From contig CAWAWS010000039.1 in assembly GCA_963785725.1 (NCBI GenBank), forward strand, positions 512,001 to 576,000: a stretch of DNA of 64,000 bases, given 5' to 3'. Positions 48,858 through 63,780 of the stretch are shown here, in pieces. The stretch is from an uncultured delta proteobacterium (GTDB lineage Bacteria; Myxococcota_A; Polyangia; Palsa-1104). A program made the position numbers and the translations under genes. Position 1 is the first letter of the stretch. Each line of letters begins with the position of its first letter. Below the pieces are notes generated by a model. That model searched no databases. It saw only the letters and a list, made by a program, of their open reading frames with translations, and was not told the origin of the DNA.

Positions 48858-49475
48858 GTGAACCGACACGCGTTCGAACAAGCCGTTTTGCACCTGTGGA
48901 TGACGACGCGGGTGCCGTTCACGCGGGCAAACCTGCAGTTTTACACCGGCATTCAACGAACGAAGCTGGAGTCGTGGCTCGACGAGCTGGTCGGCTCGGG
49001 CGTGCTCGAGGTCGACAGCGACGACGCCGGCGAGCTCGTCTGGAGCGTCATCGGCGCGCAGCGCGCGACCAACGGCACCACCGACGCCGCCGCGGCCAAG
49101 AAGCTGCAGCAGCTCAAAGGCGAGATCAGCCCCAGCCGCGCGCTCGTCAAGCACGCGCCCAGCCTCTTGGCCGCCCTCGGCGGCAGCGGCGCGCACGGCG
49201 GCGAGAAGAAGTCGCTCATCGCGTCGGGCGCGCTGTCGTTCTTCTTGGGCCCGGTCGGCTGGCTCTACGCGGCGCCGCTGAAGGAGACGATCCCGGCCAT
49301 CTTCGTCTTCCTCGTGCTCATGAACGTGCTGCCGCACATCATCTTGTTGCCGCTGCTCAGCCTCATCATGCCGCTGAGCGCGGCGGCCGGCGCAGTCTAC
49401 GCCTGGCGCCACAACCAGCGCGGCGAGCGCACCTCCATGCTCGACCTCGGCCGCACGCTCCCGCCGCGCCGTTAA
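48858..49475 (+). CDS. Membrane protein with a soluble N-terminal (possibly winged-helix) region
   Basis: Soluble N-terminal half, then KSLIASGALSFFLGPVGWLY and about 3 TM. Confidence 0.7.
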   Translation: MNRHAFEQAVLHLWMTTRVPFTRANLQFYTGIQRTKLESWLDELVGSGVLEVDSDDAGELVWSVIGAQRATNGTTDAAAAKKLQQLKGEISPSRALVKHAPSLLAALGGSGAHGGEKKSLIASGALSFFLGPVGWLYAAPLKETIPAIFVFLVLMNVLPHIILLPLLSLIMPLSAAAGAVYAWRHNQRGERTSMLDLGRTLPPRR

Positions 49476-49565
49476 TATTCGTCGCCAACCGCGAACTATT
49501 TCGCGGCTGCGGTGCTTCTTGCGAAACCGGCGCGCCTCGGGCGTCATGTCGGACAGGAGGTCTCC

Positions 49566-52292
49566 GTGACCCGAAGCCAGCTGTGTGTCCTCGCGTTGCC
49601 GCTGTTGACGCTGACGGCCTGCAAGTCGGAGTCGATTCCGCAGCCGCCGCCGGCTGCGCCCGCCGAGCCGGCGCCGACGCTGCGACTGCCGAGCGACGTG
49701 CGGCCGACGGGCTATCAGCTGGCGCTCGATCTCGACCCCAAGCAGCCGCGCTTCTCGGGCCATGTGACGATCGCCGTGCAGCTCGACTCGGCGCGGCAGC
49801 AGATCTGGCTGCACGGACGCGGACTGCACGTGACGTCGACGACGGTGCAACCGATCAAAGGCACGCCCATGACGGCGACGTGGGAGGAGCTGCCGACGGA
49901 CGGCTTCGCGCGCATCGGGCTGCCGAAGCCGGTGGGGCCGGGGCCGATCATGATCGACATCGCTTACGACGCGCCCTTCAACGAGCGGCTCGTCGGCATC
50001 TACAAGACGCCGGAAGCGGGGATCGATTACGTCTACTCGCAGTTCGAGGCCATCGACGCGCGCTTCGGCTTTCCCTGCTTCGATGAGCCGCTGTTCAAGA
50101 CGCCGTTCGACGTGACGTTGACGGTGCCGGCGGACGACGTGGCGATCTCCAATACGCAGCAGCTCAGCGAGGAGAAGATCGACGGCGGCAAGAAGCGCGT
50201 GAAGTTCGCGCAGACCAAGCCGCTGCCGACGTATCTGTTGGCGTTCGCCGTCGGGCCGTTCGACGTCGTCGAGCACGCGCCGCTGCCGCCGAACGACGTG
50301 CGCAAGCGGCCGCTGCCGTTCCGCGGCATCACGCCGAAGGGTCGCGGCCCCGAGGTCAAGGTCGCGCTCGACGCGGCCGCCGGTCTGCTCGTCGAAGAAG
50401 AGCGCTATTTCGGCATCGAGTATCCGTACGACAAGCTCGATCACATCGCGGTGCCGGATTTTGCCTACGGCGCGATGGAGAACGCGGGCGCCATCACCTA
50501 TCGCGAAGACGATCTGCTTTATACCGAGGGCAAATCGCCGTTCACGATGCGGCACGAGATCTACAACACGATGGCGCACGAGATGGCGCATCAGTGGTTC
50601 GGCGATCTCGTGACCTTGCGCTGGTGGACCGACGCCTGGCTGAACGAGTCGTTCGCGACCTGGATGGCGGCGCGCACCGTCGACGCCTGGAGCCCCAAAG
50701 AGCGCGAGCGCGTCAACGTTCAGCGCGCGGCCGATTGGGCGATGCACACCGACGCGCTGGCGGCGGCACGCGCGATTCGCCAGCCGGTCAACGCCACGGC
50801 CGACATTTGGAATCAGTTCGACGGCCTGACGTATCAAAAGGGCGCCGCCGTGCTCGGCATGATCGAGAGCTGGATGGGCGAGGACAAGTTCCGCACCGGC
50901 GTCAGCGACTATCTGAAGGCGCACGCGTTCGGCGGCGGCGACACCGACGCGCTCTTGAAGTCGTATTCGACGGCGGCGGGGCGCGACGTGGCGCCGGCGT
51001 TCAAGTCGTTCATCGAGCAGCCGGGCGTGCCGCTCGTGCAGGCGACGTTGACGTGCGACGCCGGCAAGGCGGCGCTGGCGCTGACGCAGTCGCGCTACGT
51101 GCCGCTCGGCTCGACGCTGCCGGCGGACGGGACGAGCCGCTGGCAGATTCCCGTGTGCGCGCACTATCCGACCGCCAAGGGCGTGCAGCAGAGCTGCACG
51201 CTGCTGACCGAGGCCAAAGGGACGCTGCCGCTCGAGTCGCCGTGCGCGCCGGCGTGGGTCATGCCGAACGCCAATGGCGCCGGCTATTATCGTTGGGCGT
51301 TGGGGCCAGCCGAGCTGGCGGCGCTGACGAAGAATTATGCGCAGCTGGCGCCGCGCGAGCGCTTGTCGTTCCTTTACAACGTGCGCGCCGGCATGGCGAG
51401 CGGCGCCATCCAAGCCGCCGACGGCTTGCGCGCGCTGGCGCCGGCGGCGCGTGACAGCGACAGCTTGGCGGCCGGGCAGCCGATCGGCGCGCTCATCAGC
51501 GCTTACGAAGACGTGGTCGATCCGGCGCTGAAGCCGAAAGTCGCGGCCTACTTCGCGGCGCTCTACAAGCCGGTGCAGGCGCGGCTCGGTTGGACGGCCA
51601 AGCGCGACGAAGACACCGAGACGCGCGAGCTGCGCGGCCACGTCAATTGGGCGCTGGCGATTCGGATCGCCGATCCGACCGTGCGCAAGCAGGCGATCGC
51701 CAAAGGCCATGCGCTCTTCGATGTCGCCAAAGGGACGCTGCATCTCGACGCGGTCGACGGCGATCTGCGCGGGCTCGCGCTGTCGGCGCTCTTGGAAGAC
51801 GGCGGCGCGCCGGTGTTCGACGGCCTCGTGGCGCAGCTCGACAAGACCAACGACACGATGCTGCAGCAACAGATCGTGGGTGCGCTCTTTTCCACGGCGG
51901 ATCCGGCGCTGTTCGAACGCGCGCTGGCGCTGTTGCCGACCGATCACATCCGGCGCGGCTCCAAGATCAACGCCTTCTTCGACAGCATGGGCCGCGCGGA
52001 GAATCGCGCGCACGCGCTGACGTGGCTGCCGGCGCACCTCGACGCCGTCATCGCCGGCATGCCGGAGTCGCAGGCCTCCGAGCTGCCGCACGCGATGTCC
52101 ATGCTCGTCGACCCGGCGCAGGCGACGGCGGTCAAGGCGCTGTTCGAGCCGCGCGAAAAGAAAGTGGCCGGCTTGACGCGCAATCTCGATCAGACGCTGG
52201 AGTCGATCGCGCTCAACGCCGCGTATGTCGCCAAGCAGCGCGCCAGCACGAACGCGTTCTTCAGCGCGCCGCCGAGCGAGCGCGCGCCGTAA
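49566..52292 (+). CDS. M1 family zinc aminopeptidase (PepN/ERAP1-like), lipoprotein
   Basis: LTLTA-C lipobox; SQFE, FPCFDEP, GAMEN, HEMAHQWFG...WLNESFA and YQKG; AGGAGG RBS before the GTG. Confidence 0.95.
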   Translation: MTRSQLCVLALPLLTLTACKSESIPQPPPAAPAEPAPTLRLPSDVRPTGYQLALDLDPKQPRFSGHVTIAVQLDSARQQIWLHGRGLHVTSTTVQPIKGTPMTATWEELPTDGFARIGLPKPVGPGPIMIDIAYDAPFNERLVGIYKTPEAGIDYVYSQFEAIDARFGFPCFDEPLFKTPFDVTLTVPADDVAISNTQQLSEEKIDGGKKRVKFAQTKPLPTYLLAFAVGPFDVVEHAPLPPNDVRKRPLPFRGITPKGRGPEVKVALDAAAGLLVEEERYFGIEYPYDKLDHIAVPDFAYGAMENAGAITYREDDLLYTEGKSPFTMRHEIYNTMAHEMAHQWFGDLVTLRWWTDAWLNESFATWMAARTVDAWSPKERERVNVQRAADWAMHTDALAAARAIRQPVNATADIWNQFDGLTYQKGAAVLGMIESWMGEDKFRTGVSDYLKAHAFGGGDTDALLKSYSTAAGRDVAPAFKSFIEQPGVPLVQATLTCDAGKAALALTQSRYVPLGSTLPADGTSRWQIPVCAHYPTAKGVQQSCTLLTEAKGTLPLESPCAPAWVMPNANGAGYYRWALGPAELAALTKNYAQLAPRERLSFLYNVRAGMASGAIQAADGLRALAPAARDSDSLAAGQPIGALISAYEDVVDPALKPKVAAYFAALYKPVQARLGWTAKRDEDTETRELRGHVNWALAIRIADPTVRKQAIAKGHALFDVAKGTLHLDAVDGDLRGLALSALLEDGGAPVFDGLVAQLDKTNDTMLQQQIVGALFSTADPALFERALALLPTDHIRRGSKINAFFDSMGRAENRAHALTWLPAHLDAVIAGMPESQASELPHAMSMLVDPAQATAVKALFEPREKKVAGLTRNLDQTLESIALNAAYVAKQRASTNAFFSAPPSERAP

Positions 52293-52295
52293 TCG

Positions 52296-53577
52296 CTACT
52301 GTCCGTAGGCGATGACCTGCAGCGAATTGGCGACGACGAGGATCGACTCGGCGGCGGCCATGCCCGGCAGCGGCTGCACCTCGGCGAGCTGATCGGGATC
52401 GGCGAACGGTGCGCCCGTGTTCGTGCTCCACTGCTGCGCGCCGTTCGAGTCGACGGCGAAGAGCATGCCGCTCGTCGAGCCCACGTAGATGTAGCCGTTG
52501 ACGACGAGCGGCGCGGTGATGAGGTTGCCGTCGCCGTTGAAGCTCCAGACCGGCGTGACGCCTTGCGCCTCGGCGAGCAAGCGGCCGTTGCCGGACACCG
52601 GCCGGCTGACGAAATAGGCGACGCCGGCGTCGTCGAAAGCGGGGATGCGATCGCTCGTGAAGCTGCCCGTGGTGCTGCCGTTGGTGGCGTCGAGGACGAG
52701 GTTCTTCGTGCCCGGGCTGCGCAAGTAGACGTGGCCGTCGTTGTCGAAGGCGCCGGTGAGACTGCCCGAGCCGTCGCAGTTGGGGTTGGCGTGCCACAAG
52801 ACGCTGCCGTCGAACGGCTGCAACGCCCACGCCTGCCCGCACGAGAGCGGCAGGAACACCGCGGCGGCGGTGACGATGGGCGAGCTGCCGCCGCCGGCGA
52901 GCAGCGACTGCGTCCAGCGCACGCTGCCGGTAGCGCCGTCGAAGGCGACCATCTGGTTGCCGGCGGTGACGTAGACGATGCCGTTGACCGCGGTCGGCGG
53001 CGAAGGATCGGCGCCCACGCTCGTGCTCCACAGATTCTCGCCGTTGTTCTCGTCGAAGGCGGCGATGTTGCCGGCGGAGTTGGTGATGAAGACGCGGCCG
53101 CCGTCGTAGGCGAGGGCGGCGGCGCCGCTCGGGCCGACCGCGTGCATGGCCCACTCGGCGGCGCCGCTGAGCTTCTCGAGCGCCATCAAGTAGTCGGTGC
53201 CGCCGCTGGAGACGATGTAGAAGACGCGGCCGTTGGCGATGAGCGGATAGGAGACGGGGCCGGACGGCTGCGTCATCCACAAGAGGCGGAGCGGCGGCAC
53301 CAGCGTTCCCGCCTGCGCGCCGCGATGCATGGGGTCGACTTGGTAAGCGACGGCGTCGCCCGACCACGGCGGCGCCGGCGCGCCGATGGGGCCGAGATCG
53401 GCGGGCGCCGCCAGAATCGGTCGCGCCGTCGCCTACGCCTTCATCGACGGCCGGGCGCGCGAGATCGGCGGGCGCGCCCGCGTCCGGTCGCGGCGCGCCG
53501 GGGACGATGGACAGCGGCCGATCGGTGCAACCGCTGGCCAGCCCGCAGACGATGAAAGCCAAGCCGAGTGACTTCAT
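52296..53577 (-). pseudogene. PQQ-like beta-propeller (BamB-like) lipoprotein with a 1-nt frameshift at 53415/53416 (likely sequencing error)
   Basis: Lipobox GLASG-C in one frame. Removing one base gives DLAAPADLG...AYQVDPMHRG and then A.D...G...W propeller repeats. Confidence 0.8.
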
Positions 53578-53777
53578 GGCGCCATCGTGTCCGAGGCGAC
53601 GGCAAGTGCAACAAAGAGCGGGCTCGCGTCGATCCACTACGGGGTTCGATCGTCTCCAAATGGGGACGTAAACCCTCAGTTTCCAACGTCAACCGCCAGG
53701 TTCCGATCGGTGCGCGCGGCCCCGATCGACGGCGTGCGAACGGGTCGATTTCACAGGGTAAGCGGGTGTGCGCTGGT

Positions 53778-53792
53778 TGGCGCCGGAATTGC
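53778..53792 (+). promoter_or_regulatory. Putative sigma-54 promoter
   Basis: TGGCGCCGGAATTGC. Confidence 0.6.
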
Positions 53793-53812
53793 GATGAGTT
53801 GTGGGCATGTCG

Positions 53813-54058
53813 ATGCGTACGATCCTGCAGATCCTCCTGACCGCGAGCGTGATCGTTCACTTCAGCGGCGTCATCGCCTTCGGTTTCGTCGAGCTCAAGC
53901 AGCGTTGGCGCCGGCTCACCAGCGCCGACGTCGACGGCTCGAGCGACGACGATCTGGTCATCGAGCCCGAGGATGAGCTGGCGGTCGCGCGCCGCCGCCG
54001 CACGCCGACGCCGAGCGGCGTCGGGCTTCTGACCGCGCGCGCCGACTCGCGCCGCTAG
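53813..54058 (+). CDS. Small single-TM protein
   Basis: N-terminal hydrophobic stretch and acidic/basic tail, just downstream of the sigma-54 motif. Confidence 0.55.
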   Translation: MRTILQILLTASVIVHFSGVIAFGFVELKQRWRRLTSADVDGSSDDDLVIEPEDELAVARRRRTPTPSGVGLLTARADSRR

Positions 54059-54193
54059 TACCGTTCCCGCGCACGCGACGCCTCACCCCGTGCCGTCGCC
54101 AGAAGCGCGACCGCCGTGGAGTCTCGGTCAGCGCATCGCGTTCCGCTTCACGTTCGTTTACTTCGCGCTCTACAGCTTTCCTTATCCAGCCCT

Positions 54194-58243
<4,050 letters not shown>

Positions 58244-58329
58244 GGCGTGCCCTTTCCTGTGTCGCCAGTGCCGGTTCTGGTGACGACCGTTTCCGGTTTC
58301 CACTGGTGGTGCGGTTGCTGGTCGATTTA

Positions 58330-58344
58330 GCAGCGGTCGTGCCA
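58330..58344 (-). promoter_or_regulatory. Sigma-54 promoter of the CheB/CheR kinase
   Basis: Minus strand TGGCACGACCGCTGC, near consensus. Confidence 0.75.
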
Positions 58345-58394
58345 CGCGTCGCCCGAAGGGCGGCCGCTCGATCTCCCGCCGATCGCGCGGCGGT

Positions 58395-58431
58395 TGGGAA
58401 AGCCGATTCCAAAAGTGGGAAGGCCGATTCC
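58395..58431. repeat. Tandem 16-bp direct repeat (21-bp period), putative activator binding site
   Basis: TGGGAAAGCCGATTCC (58395) and TGGGAAGGCCGATTCC (58416). Confidence 0.6.
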
Positions 58432-58555
58432 TCACGGCAGAACTTGCACAGCCTTCGCACGCCGTCGCCGGCGCGATGCCGCGCTGCGGCAGTGCCGGCG
58501 GCTTGACGGACGCGCCGGCGCCGGCAACGATGTTCGTCCGAAAGGAGCGTGTCCC

Positions 58556-61255
58556 GTGCACCTCCGCAAGCCGCGCTTTTCCCCGCCGCCGGGCCGCGCC
58601 GGGCAGGTCCGTCGCGAGGCGATCTTGGAGCGGCTGTGCGCGCGCGAGGCGCCGCGGATCGTGCTCTTGCAAGGGCCGGCCGGGCACGGCAAGTCGACGA
58701 CGCTGCAGCAGCTGGCGCGCGCGTCGAGCGACGGCGGCGCCCGCGTCGGCTGGCTGACGCTGAGCGACTCCGACAACGACGCGCGCCGCTTCTTCGGCCA
58801 TCTGCAGGGTCTGCTGGCCGCGCTCGCCGTCGACGCCACGCGCGCCGCCGACGCGGCGGTCGACGACGCGCCCGGCACGCCCGATTCCGGCGGCTGCGAT
58901 TGGCTCGTCGACGCGCTCGCCGCCGCCGAGTCGCCGCTGGTGCTGGTGTTCGACGACTTTCAGGCGCTCGACAACCCCGGCATCCTCTCGTTCTTTCGCC
59001 ACTTGCTCGCGGAGTTGCCGGGCAACGCGCGCGTGCTCATCGGCTCGCGCAACACGCCCGACGTCGGCTTCTCGCGCCTCGTCGTCAACGGCGCGGCCGC
59101 GCTCATGCACGCCGCCGAGCTACGCTTCTCGCGCGCCGAAGTGGCCTCGTTCTTCGCGTCGGCCGCCGAGGTCGAGGTCAGCGGCGACGAGCTGGAGAAC
59201 ATCTACCGGCGCTCGGAAGGTTGGCCGGCGGCGCTGCAGCTGTTCCGCCTGACGCTGGCCAGCCCGCAGGTGCGCCGCTCGCTCGGCAGCGCCGACAGCT
59301 ACACGCCGCGCGAGCTGTCGGAATATCTCGCCGAGAACGTGCTCGGGCTGCAGCCGCCCGACGTGCAAGACTTCCTCTTGCGCACGTCGGTGCTGACGCG
59401 GCTGTGCGCGCCCTTGTGCGAGAGCGTGACCGGCCGCGCGGACGCGCACGAGCTGCTCTTACAGCTGGAGCGTTCGGGGCTGTTCTTGACGAGCCTCGAG
59501 TCGGAGTCGCACTGGTTTCAGTATCACGCGCTGTTCTCGTCGTTCTTGGTCGAGCAGCTGCGGACGCGCTCGCCCGAGCTGTTCGTCGACGCGCATCGGC
59601 GCGCGGCGCAGTGGCATCGGCAGCAGCCGGAGTCAGGCGAGCCGGAAGAGATCGTGCGCCACGCCATCGCGTCCGGCGACATGACGCTGGCCGCCGACAC
59701 CTTCAACCGCTGGGCCTCGAGCTTGGTGGCGCTCGGGCAGATCGTCACCGTCGAGCGCTGGTACGATCGACTGCCCTTCGACGAGATCGCGCGCCGGCCC
59801 GATCTGGCGATCAAGGCCGGCTACGCGCTGGCCTTCTTGCGGCGACGGGCGAAGCTACCGGCGCTGCTCGATCGCTTGAGCCAGCTGAGCGGCGGCGACG
59901 TGGCCACGACCCGCGATCCCAAAGTGCTGCTGTCGATGGCGGCGATCTGCGCCGATGACGTCGAGCAGGCGTTCGCCGTCGTCGAGCGCGTCGACTTGCA
60001 TGACGACAGCATCGGCGGCTTCGCGGCGTTCGAGCTGGCGGCGGCGTCGAACCTGTTGGGGCTGAAGGCGATCGCGATGGGCGACCTCGAGAAGGCGCGC
60101 GCGCATTTGGCGCGTGCGCGCGCGCACAACGAGCTCGGCGGCGCGACCTGGAGCCGCGGCTGGACCGAAGGCCTGTTCGGCGTGCTGCATCTGTCGGCGG
60201 GCGATCTGCGGCCGGCGTTGAGCCGCTTCGCCGCGGCCTTGGCCGAAGAGCGCATGCACGTCGACGCCTCGTTTGCCGTGGCGGCGCTCGCTTCCTGTTA
60301 CGTCTGGGCGCTCTACGAAGCCGACGAGCTGGACGCGGCCGAGGCCATCTTCACGCGCTATCGTGAGCTCATCGCGCAATCGACGATCGTCGACTTCTTC
60401 GCGGTGGCGCACGTGGCGATGGCGCGCGTGCATCAGGCGCGCGGCCAGACGGCGCGCGCCGTCGAGCTGCTGGAAGCGGCGGAGGCGATCGGCGACGCCA
60501 ACGGCTGGGCGCGCCTTACGCGGCTCGTCGGCTGGGAGCGCGCGCGGCGGGCGTTGGCGGAGGGCGACGTCGCGCGGGCCAAGGCGATCGCGCCGCGGCC
60601 ATCGTCGGCGCCGCTGCCGTCGTGGACGCTGTTCGCCGACGATCTCGAGGGCGAGTCGCTGGGGCGGATTCGGCTGGCGATTCGCGGCGGCGAGCTGCTC
60701 GAGGCCGAGGCGCGGCTCAAGCGCGAGCTCGGGCGGCAGCCGGCGCGCGTCGTGCGGCGCATGAAGCTGCTCTTGTTGTCGGCGCAGCTGCAGCGCGCCA
60801 AAGGCTCACGCACGGGCACGCAGCGCGCGCTCAGGCAGGCGCTGCAGCTGGGCGCGCCCGGCGGCTTCGTGCGCGGCTTTCTCGACGAGGGCGAGTCGCT
60901 GGTCGAGCTGGCCGACGAGCTCGGGCCGGCTGACGGCGGCGGTCACGTCGCCGCGTCGCGGGCGTTCGTGGGGCGCATCGTCGGCGCGGCCGCGGCGGCG
61001 CCAGCCCACGCGAGCAGCGCCAACGCGGCGACCGCGACCGCGGCGACGGCCGCGGCCAACGAGCCGCTGACCGATCGCGAGCGCGAGGTGCTGTCGCTCT
61101 TGGCCGAGGGCGTGTCCAACCGCGACATCGGCGGCGCCATCTTCATCTCGGAAAATACGGTCAAGTATCACTTGAAGAACATCTATTCGAAGCTGGCGGT
61201 GACGGGGCGCGTGCAGGCGATCGAGGCGGCGCGGCGCATGGGCGTCATCGCATGA
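58556..61255 (+). CDS. MalT-like large ATP-binding LuxR family (LAL) regulator
   Basis: GPAGHGKST Walker [15 protein letters not shown] and WFQYHALF; Lux[13 protein letters not shown]...[27 protein letters not shown] before GTG 58556. Confidence 0.93.
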   Translation: MHLRKPRFSPPPGRAGQVRREAILERLCAREAPRIVLLQGPAGHGKSTTLQQLARASSDGGARVGWLTLSDSDNDARRFFGHLQGLLAALAVDATRAADAAVDDAPGTPDSGGCDWLVDALAAAESPLVLVFDDFQALDNPGILSFFRHLLAELPGNARVLIGSRNTPDVGFSRLVVNGAAALMHAAELRFSRAEVASFFASAAEVEVSGDELENIYRRSEGWPAALQLFRLTLASPQVRRSLGSADSYTPRELSEYLAENVLGLQPPDVQDFLLRTSVLTRLCAPLCESVTGRADAHELLLQLERSGLFLTSLESESHWFQYHALFSSFLVEQLRTRSPELFVDAHRRAAQWHRQQPESGEPEEIVRHAIASGDMTLAADTFNRWASSLVALGQIVTVERWYDRLPFDEIARRPDLAIKAGYALAFLRRRAKLPALLDRLSQLSGGDVATTRDPKVLLSMAAICADDVEQAFAVVERVDLHDDSIGGFAAFELAAASNLLGLKAIAMGDLEKARAHLARARAHNELGGATWSRGWTEGLFGVLHLSAGDLRPALSRFAAALAEERMHVDASFAVAALASCYVWALYEADELDAAEAIFTRYRELIAQSTIVDFFAVAHVAMARVHQARGQTARAVELLEAAEAIGDANGWARLTRLVGWERARRALAEGDVARAKAIAPRPSSAPLPSWTLFADDLEGESLGRIRLAIRGGELLEAEARLKRELGRQPARVVRRMKLLLLSAQLQRAKGSRTGTQRALRQALQLGAPGGFVRGFLDEGESLVELADELGPADGGGHVAASRAFVGRIVGAAAAAPAHASSANAATATAATAAANEPLTDREREVLSLLAEGVSNRDIGGAIFISENTVKYHLKNIYSKLAVTGRVQAIEAARRMGVIA

Positions 61256-61325
61256 AGACGCCTCCGTATCGCGCGGCCTCATTCGCCGTCCTTTCGCGCG
61301 CGGCGGCGACGTATATACTGCGCCG

Positions 61326-62000
61326 GTGAAGCTCGCCCTGTCGTGGATGCTGCTGGTCGCTTGCTCGTCGGCAGCACACGCCGATCGCCTGGAGACGCAC
61401 GGCTTCGTCGAGGCGGCCGCGGGCGTCGAGCTGCCGCAGCTGAGCGCGACCTATCGCAGCTTCGCGTCGCCGACGTTCAAGCCGTCGGTGCGCGGCGGCG
61501 TCGAGCTGTGGCTCATTCACGCGGTCGGCTTCGCGCCCGAGGCGCAGCTCGACGTCATCCCCGTCAACGTTCACCAGAACGACCCGATCTTCGTGCGCAA
61601 CGTTCAGACCGGCATGGACACGTACTCGTTGGCGGCGACGTACGGCCGTTATCGCGTGGTCGCCGGCGGCCGCTTCCTCTTCAACCTCGGGCCGGGCGCG
61701 GCGTTCGTGCGCGTCTTGGCCGGCGTCGACGAGCTGAGCGGCAGCGAGAAGCTGACCGCCGTCGGCACGCCCACGCCCGGCGGTCCGCCGACCGGCCAGC
61801 GCTTCAGCTTCGCGTCGACGGCGTTCACCGTGCAAGCCGGCGCCGGCGTCCACTTCGTCTTCGTGCGCCATTTGATGATCGGCATCTCCATCGACGTTCC
61901 CGTCGCCTGGCACAACTTCGGCAAGCCCGATCTCGGCGGCGTACAAAAGTTCACCTCGGTCGACACCGACTTGATGGGCACGCTCGGCTATCGCTTTTAG
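61326..62000 (+). CDS. Outer-membrane beta-barrel protein (8-stranded type)
   Basis: Signal peptide, amphipathic strands and a C-terminal LGYRF BAM signal. Confidence 0.75.
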   Translation: MKLALSWMLLVACSSAAHADRLETHGFVEAAAGVELPQLSATYRSFASPTFKPSVRGGVELWLIHAVGFAPEAQLDVIPVNVHQNDPIFVRNVQTGMDTYSLAATYGRYRVVAGGRFLFNLGPGAAFVRVLAGVDELSGSEKLTAVGTPTPGGPPTGQRFSFASTAFTVQAGAGVHFVFVRHLMIGISIDVPVAWHNFGKPDLGGVQKFTSVDTDLMGTLGYRF

Positions 62001-62067
62001 CGCGCTCGGCGCTTCGCCGCTGATTTAGCGGCGGCGCCCGAATCATTCGTCGTGTTAACGTAAAGTC

Positions 62068-63105
62068 GTGAACGACCGCGAAGAGCTGCTGGCCGGTAAG
62101 CCTCGGGCGACCGGCAACGAAGCCGAGTCGCCGCAAGGCGTGCCCGAAGTCGATGGCAACAGCGCGGTGGCGCCGCGCGATCGCATGTCGCGCGTGCAGA
62201 ATTCGCGCAATCAGGTCGGCGCCGAGCTGCTGTTTCGCACGTCGGGCGGACGGTTGGGGACGCCGCCGGCCGATCGTCTGGCCGCGCAGCGACAGCAGGC
62301 GACGCAGCACCTGCGCCGTCCGGTGCAGCTGAGCCAGCTGCCGCCCGGCGGCGCCGGCGCCGGCGATGCCAAGCCCGATGACAAGGGCGTGCACGCGGCG
62401 GCGGAAGCGGGCGTCAGCGGTCCGGCGTCGCCGCTGCCGCACGGCGACCGGATCCAACAAGCCTTCGGCAAGCACGACGTCTCGCATATTCAAGCGCACC
62501 TGGGCGGCGAAGCGGACGCGGCCACGCAAGCGATGGGCGCCGAAGCCTACGCGACGGGAAACGAGGTCGCGTTCGGCGGCGGCGAGCCCGGCTTGCATAC
62601 GGCGGCGCACGAAGCCGCGCACGTCGTGCAGCAGCGCGCCGGCGTGCAGATGGCCGGCGGCGTCGGCAAAGAGGGCGACGCGCACGAGAAGCACGCCGAC
62701 GCCGTCGCCGATCGGGTCGTCGCCGGCAAGTCGGCCGAGGATCTGCTCGACGGCGCCGCCAAAGGCGGCACGCCCGGCGCCGCCGTCCAGAAGCAGGCGC
62801 TCGGCGGCCCGGTGCAGATGAAGAACCCGGGCAGCAAAGGCGCCGCGCAAGGGTTGACCAGCGGCGTCGTCAACAAGAAGCCGCCGGCGCTGAAAAAGGG
62901 CGAGCGCGCGGGCGGCTTCCCGTTCGGCAACAAAGAGAAGCGGCTCGACGCGCAAGACAAAGCGGGAAAGCCGATTACGTACACCGAATATGACGTCAAT
63001 GCTTACAACGGCACGAAGCGCGACGCCGAGCGCATCGTCATCGGGTCCGACGGGCGCTGTTGGTATACGGCCGATCATTACGGCAGCTTCACCGAGGTCA
63101 AATGA
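62068..63105 (+). CDS. DUF4157 (eCIS-core-like) protein with a C-terminal barnase/RNase Sa-like ribonuclease toxin
   Basis: [36 protein letters not shown] and [10 protein letters not shown]; RNase region [25 protein letters not shown] and YTADHYGSF. Confidence 0.88.
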   Translation: MNDREELLAGKPRATGNEAESPQGVPEVDGNSAVAPRDRMSRVQNSRNQVGAELLFRTSGGRLGTPPADRLAAQRQQATQHLRRPVQLSQLPPGGAGAGDAKPDDKGVHAAAEAGVSGPASPLPHGDRIQQAFGKHDVSHIQAHLGGEADAATQAMGAEAYATGNEVAFGGGEPGLHTAAHEAAHVVQQRAGVQMAGGVGKEGDAHEKHADAVADRVVAGKSAEDLLDGAAKGGTPGAAVQKQALGGPVQMKNPGSKGAAQGLTSGVVNKKPPALKKGERAGGFPFGNKEKRLDAQDKAGKPITYTEYDVNAYNGTKRDAERIVIGSDGRCWYTADHYGSFTEVK

Positions 63106-63557
63106 GCGACGCTCACTCCATTACGAGCTCTCCCGCGCGCGTATGGCAGACGACGCGCGCCGCCAAGCAGGTGCATGACGAGCTGGTCGCGGCCGGCGTC
63201 GCCATCGTCGCGCGGCTCGACGGCGCCGAGGCGCGCGACAAGGCGCACTTCATGACGAGCATCGCCAAGGCGCTCGCCTTTCCCGACTATTTTGGCGCCA
63301 ATTGGGACGCGTTCGACGAGTGTCTCGACGATCTGCATTGGCAAGACAAAGCGATCGTCCTCGTCATCGATCACGCCGACGACTTGTTGGCCGCTGCGAC
63401 AAACGATCGCGCGCTCTTATTCGAGAGCATTGGGCAGTCATTTGCGCCCAATCCCGACTTACCGAATTCGTCATTCAAGGTCGTGCTCGTCGCGCCTAAA
63501 GACGCGCCGATCGTCGCGCTCGCCGCGCAATCCAGCCCCGTCGCCCATCTATCTTAA
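63102..63557 (+). CDS. Barstar family immunity protein
   Basis: LDG...[36 protein letters not shown] overlap with the toxin stop. Confidence 0.92.
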   Translation: MSDAHSITSSPARVWQTTRAAKQVHDELVAAGVAIVARLDGAEARDKAHFMTSIAKALAFPDYFGANWDAFDECLDDLHWQDKAIVLVIDHADDLLAAATNDRALLFESIGQSFAPNPDLPNSSFKVVLVAPKDAPIVALAAQSSPVAHLS

Positions 63558-63670
63558 TAGTCGGCTCGGCAGTCGGCCCACTTAGCCGCGGCTTTACGTG
63601 TGCTTGGACGCGCGCGGACACTTTTTGCGCACATTCTTGACGCGCCGCCCTCGGTAAATCAGCGGCAAAA

Positions 63671-63686
63671 CTACCCACCCGGGTAG
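63671..63686. promoter_or_regulatory. Palindromic operator candidate
   Basis: CTACCC-ACCC-GGGTAG, about 95 bp upstream of the last gene. Confidence 0.45.
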
Positions 63687-63780
63687 GGCCAGGCTTTGCG
63701 GCCACGGCTACATTTCGTCCCGATTTCATTGTTGGGTCACTTCGATTGCGGCGGAACACAGCCAGAGAAGGGGACGAAAC

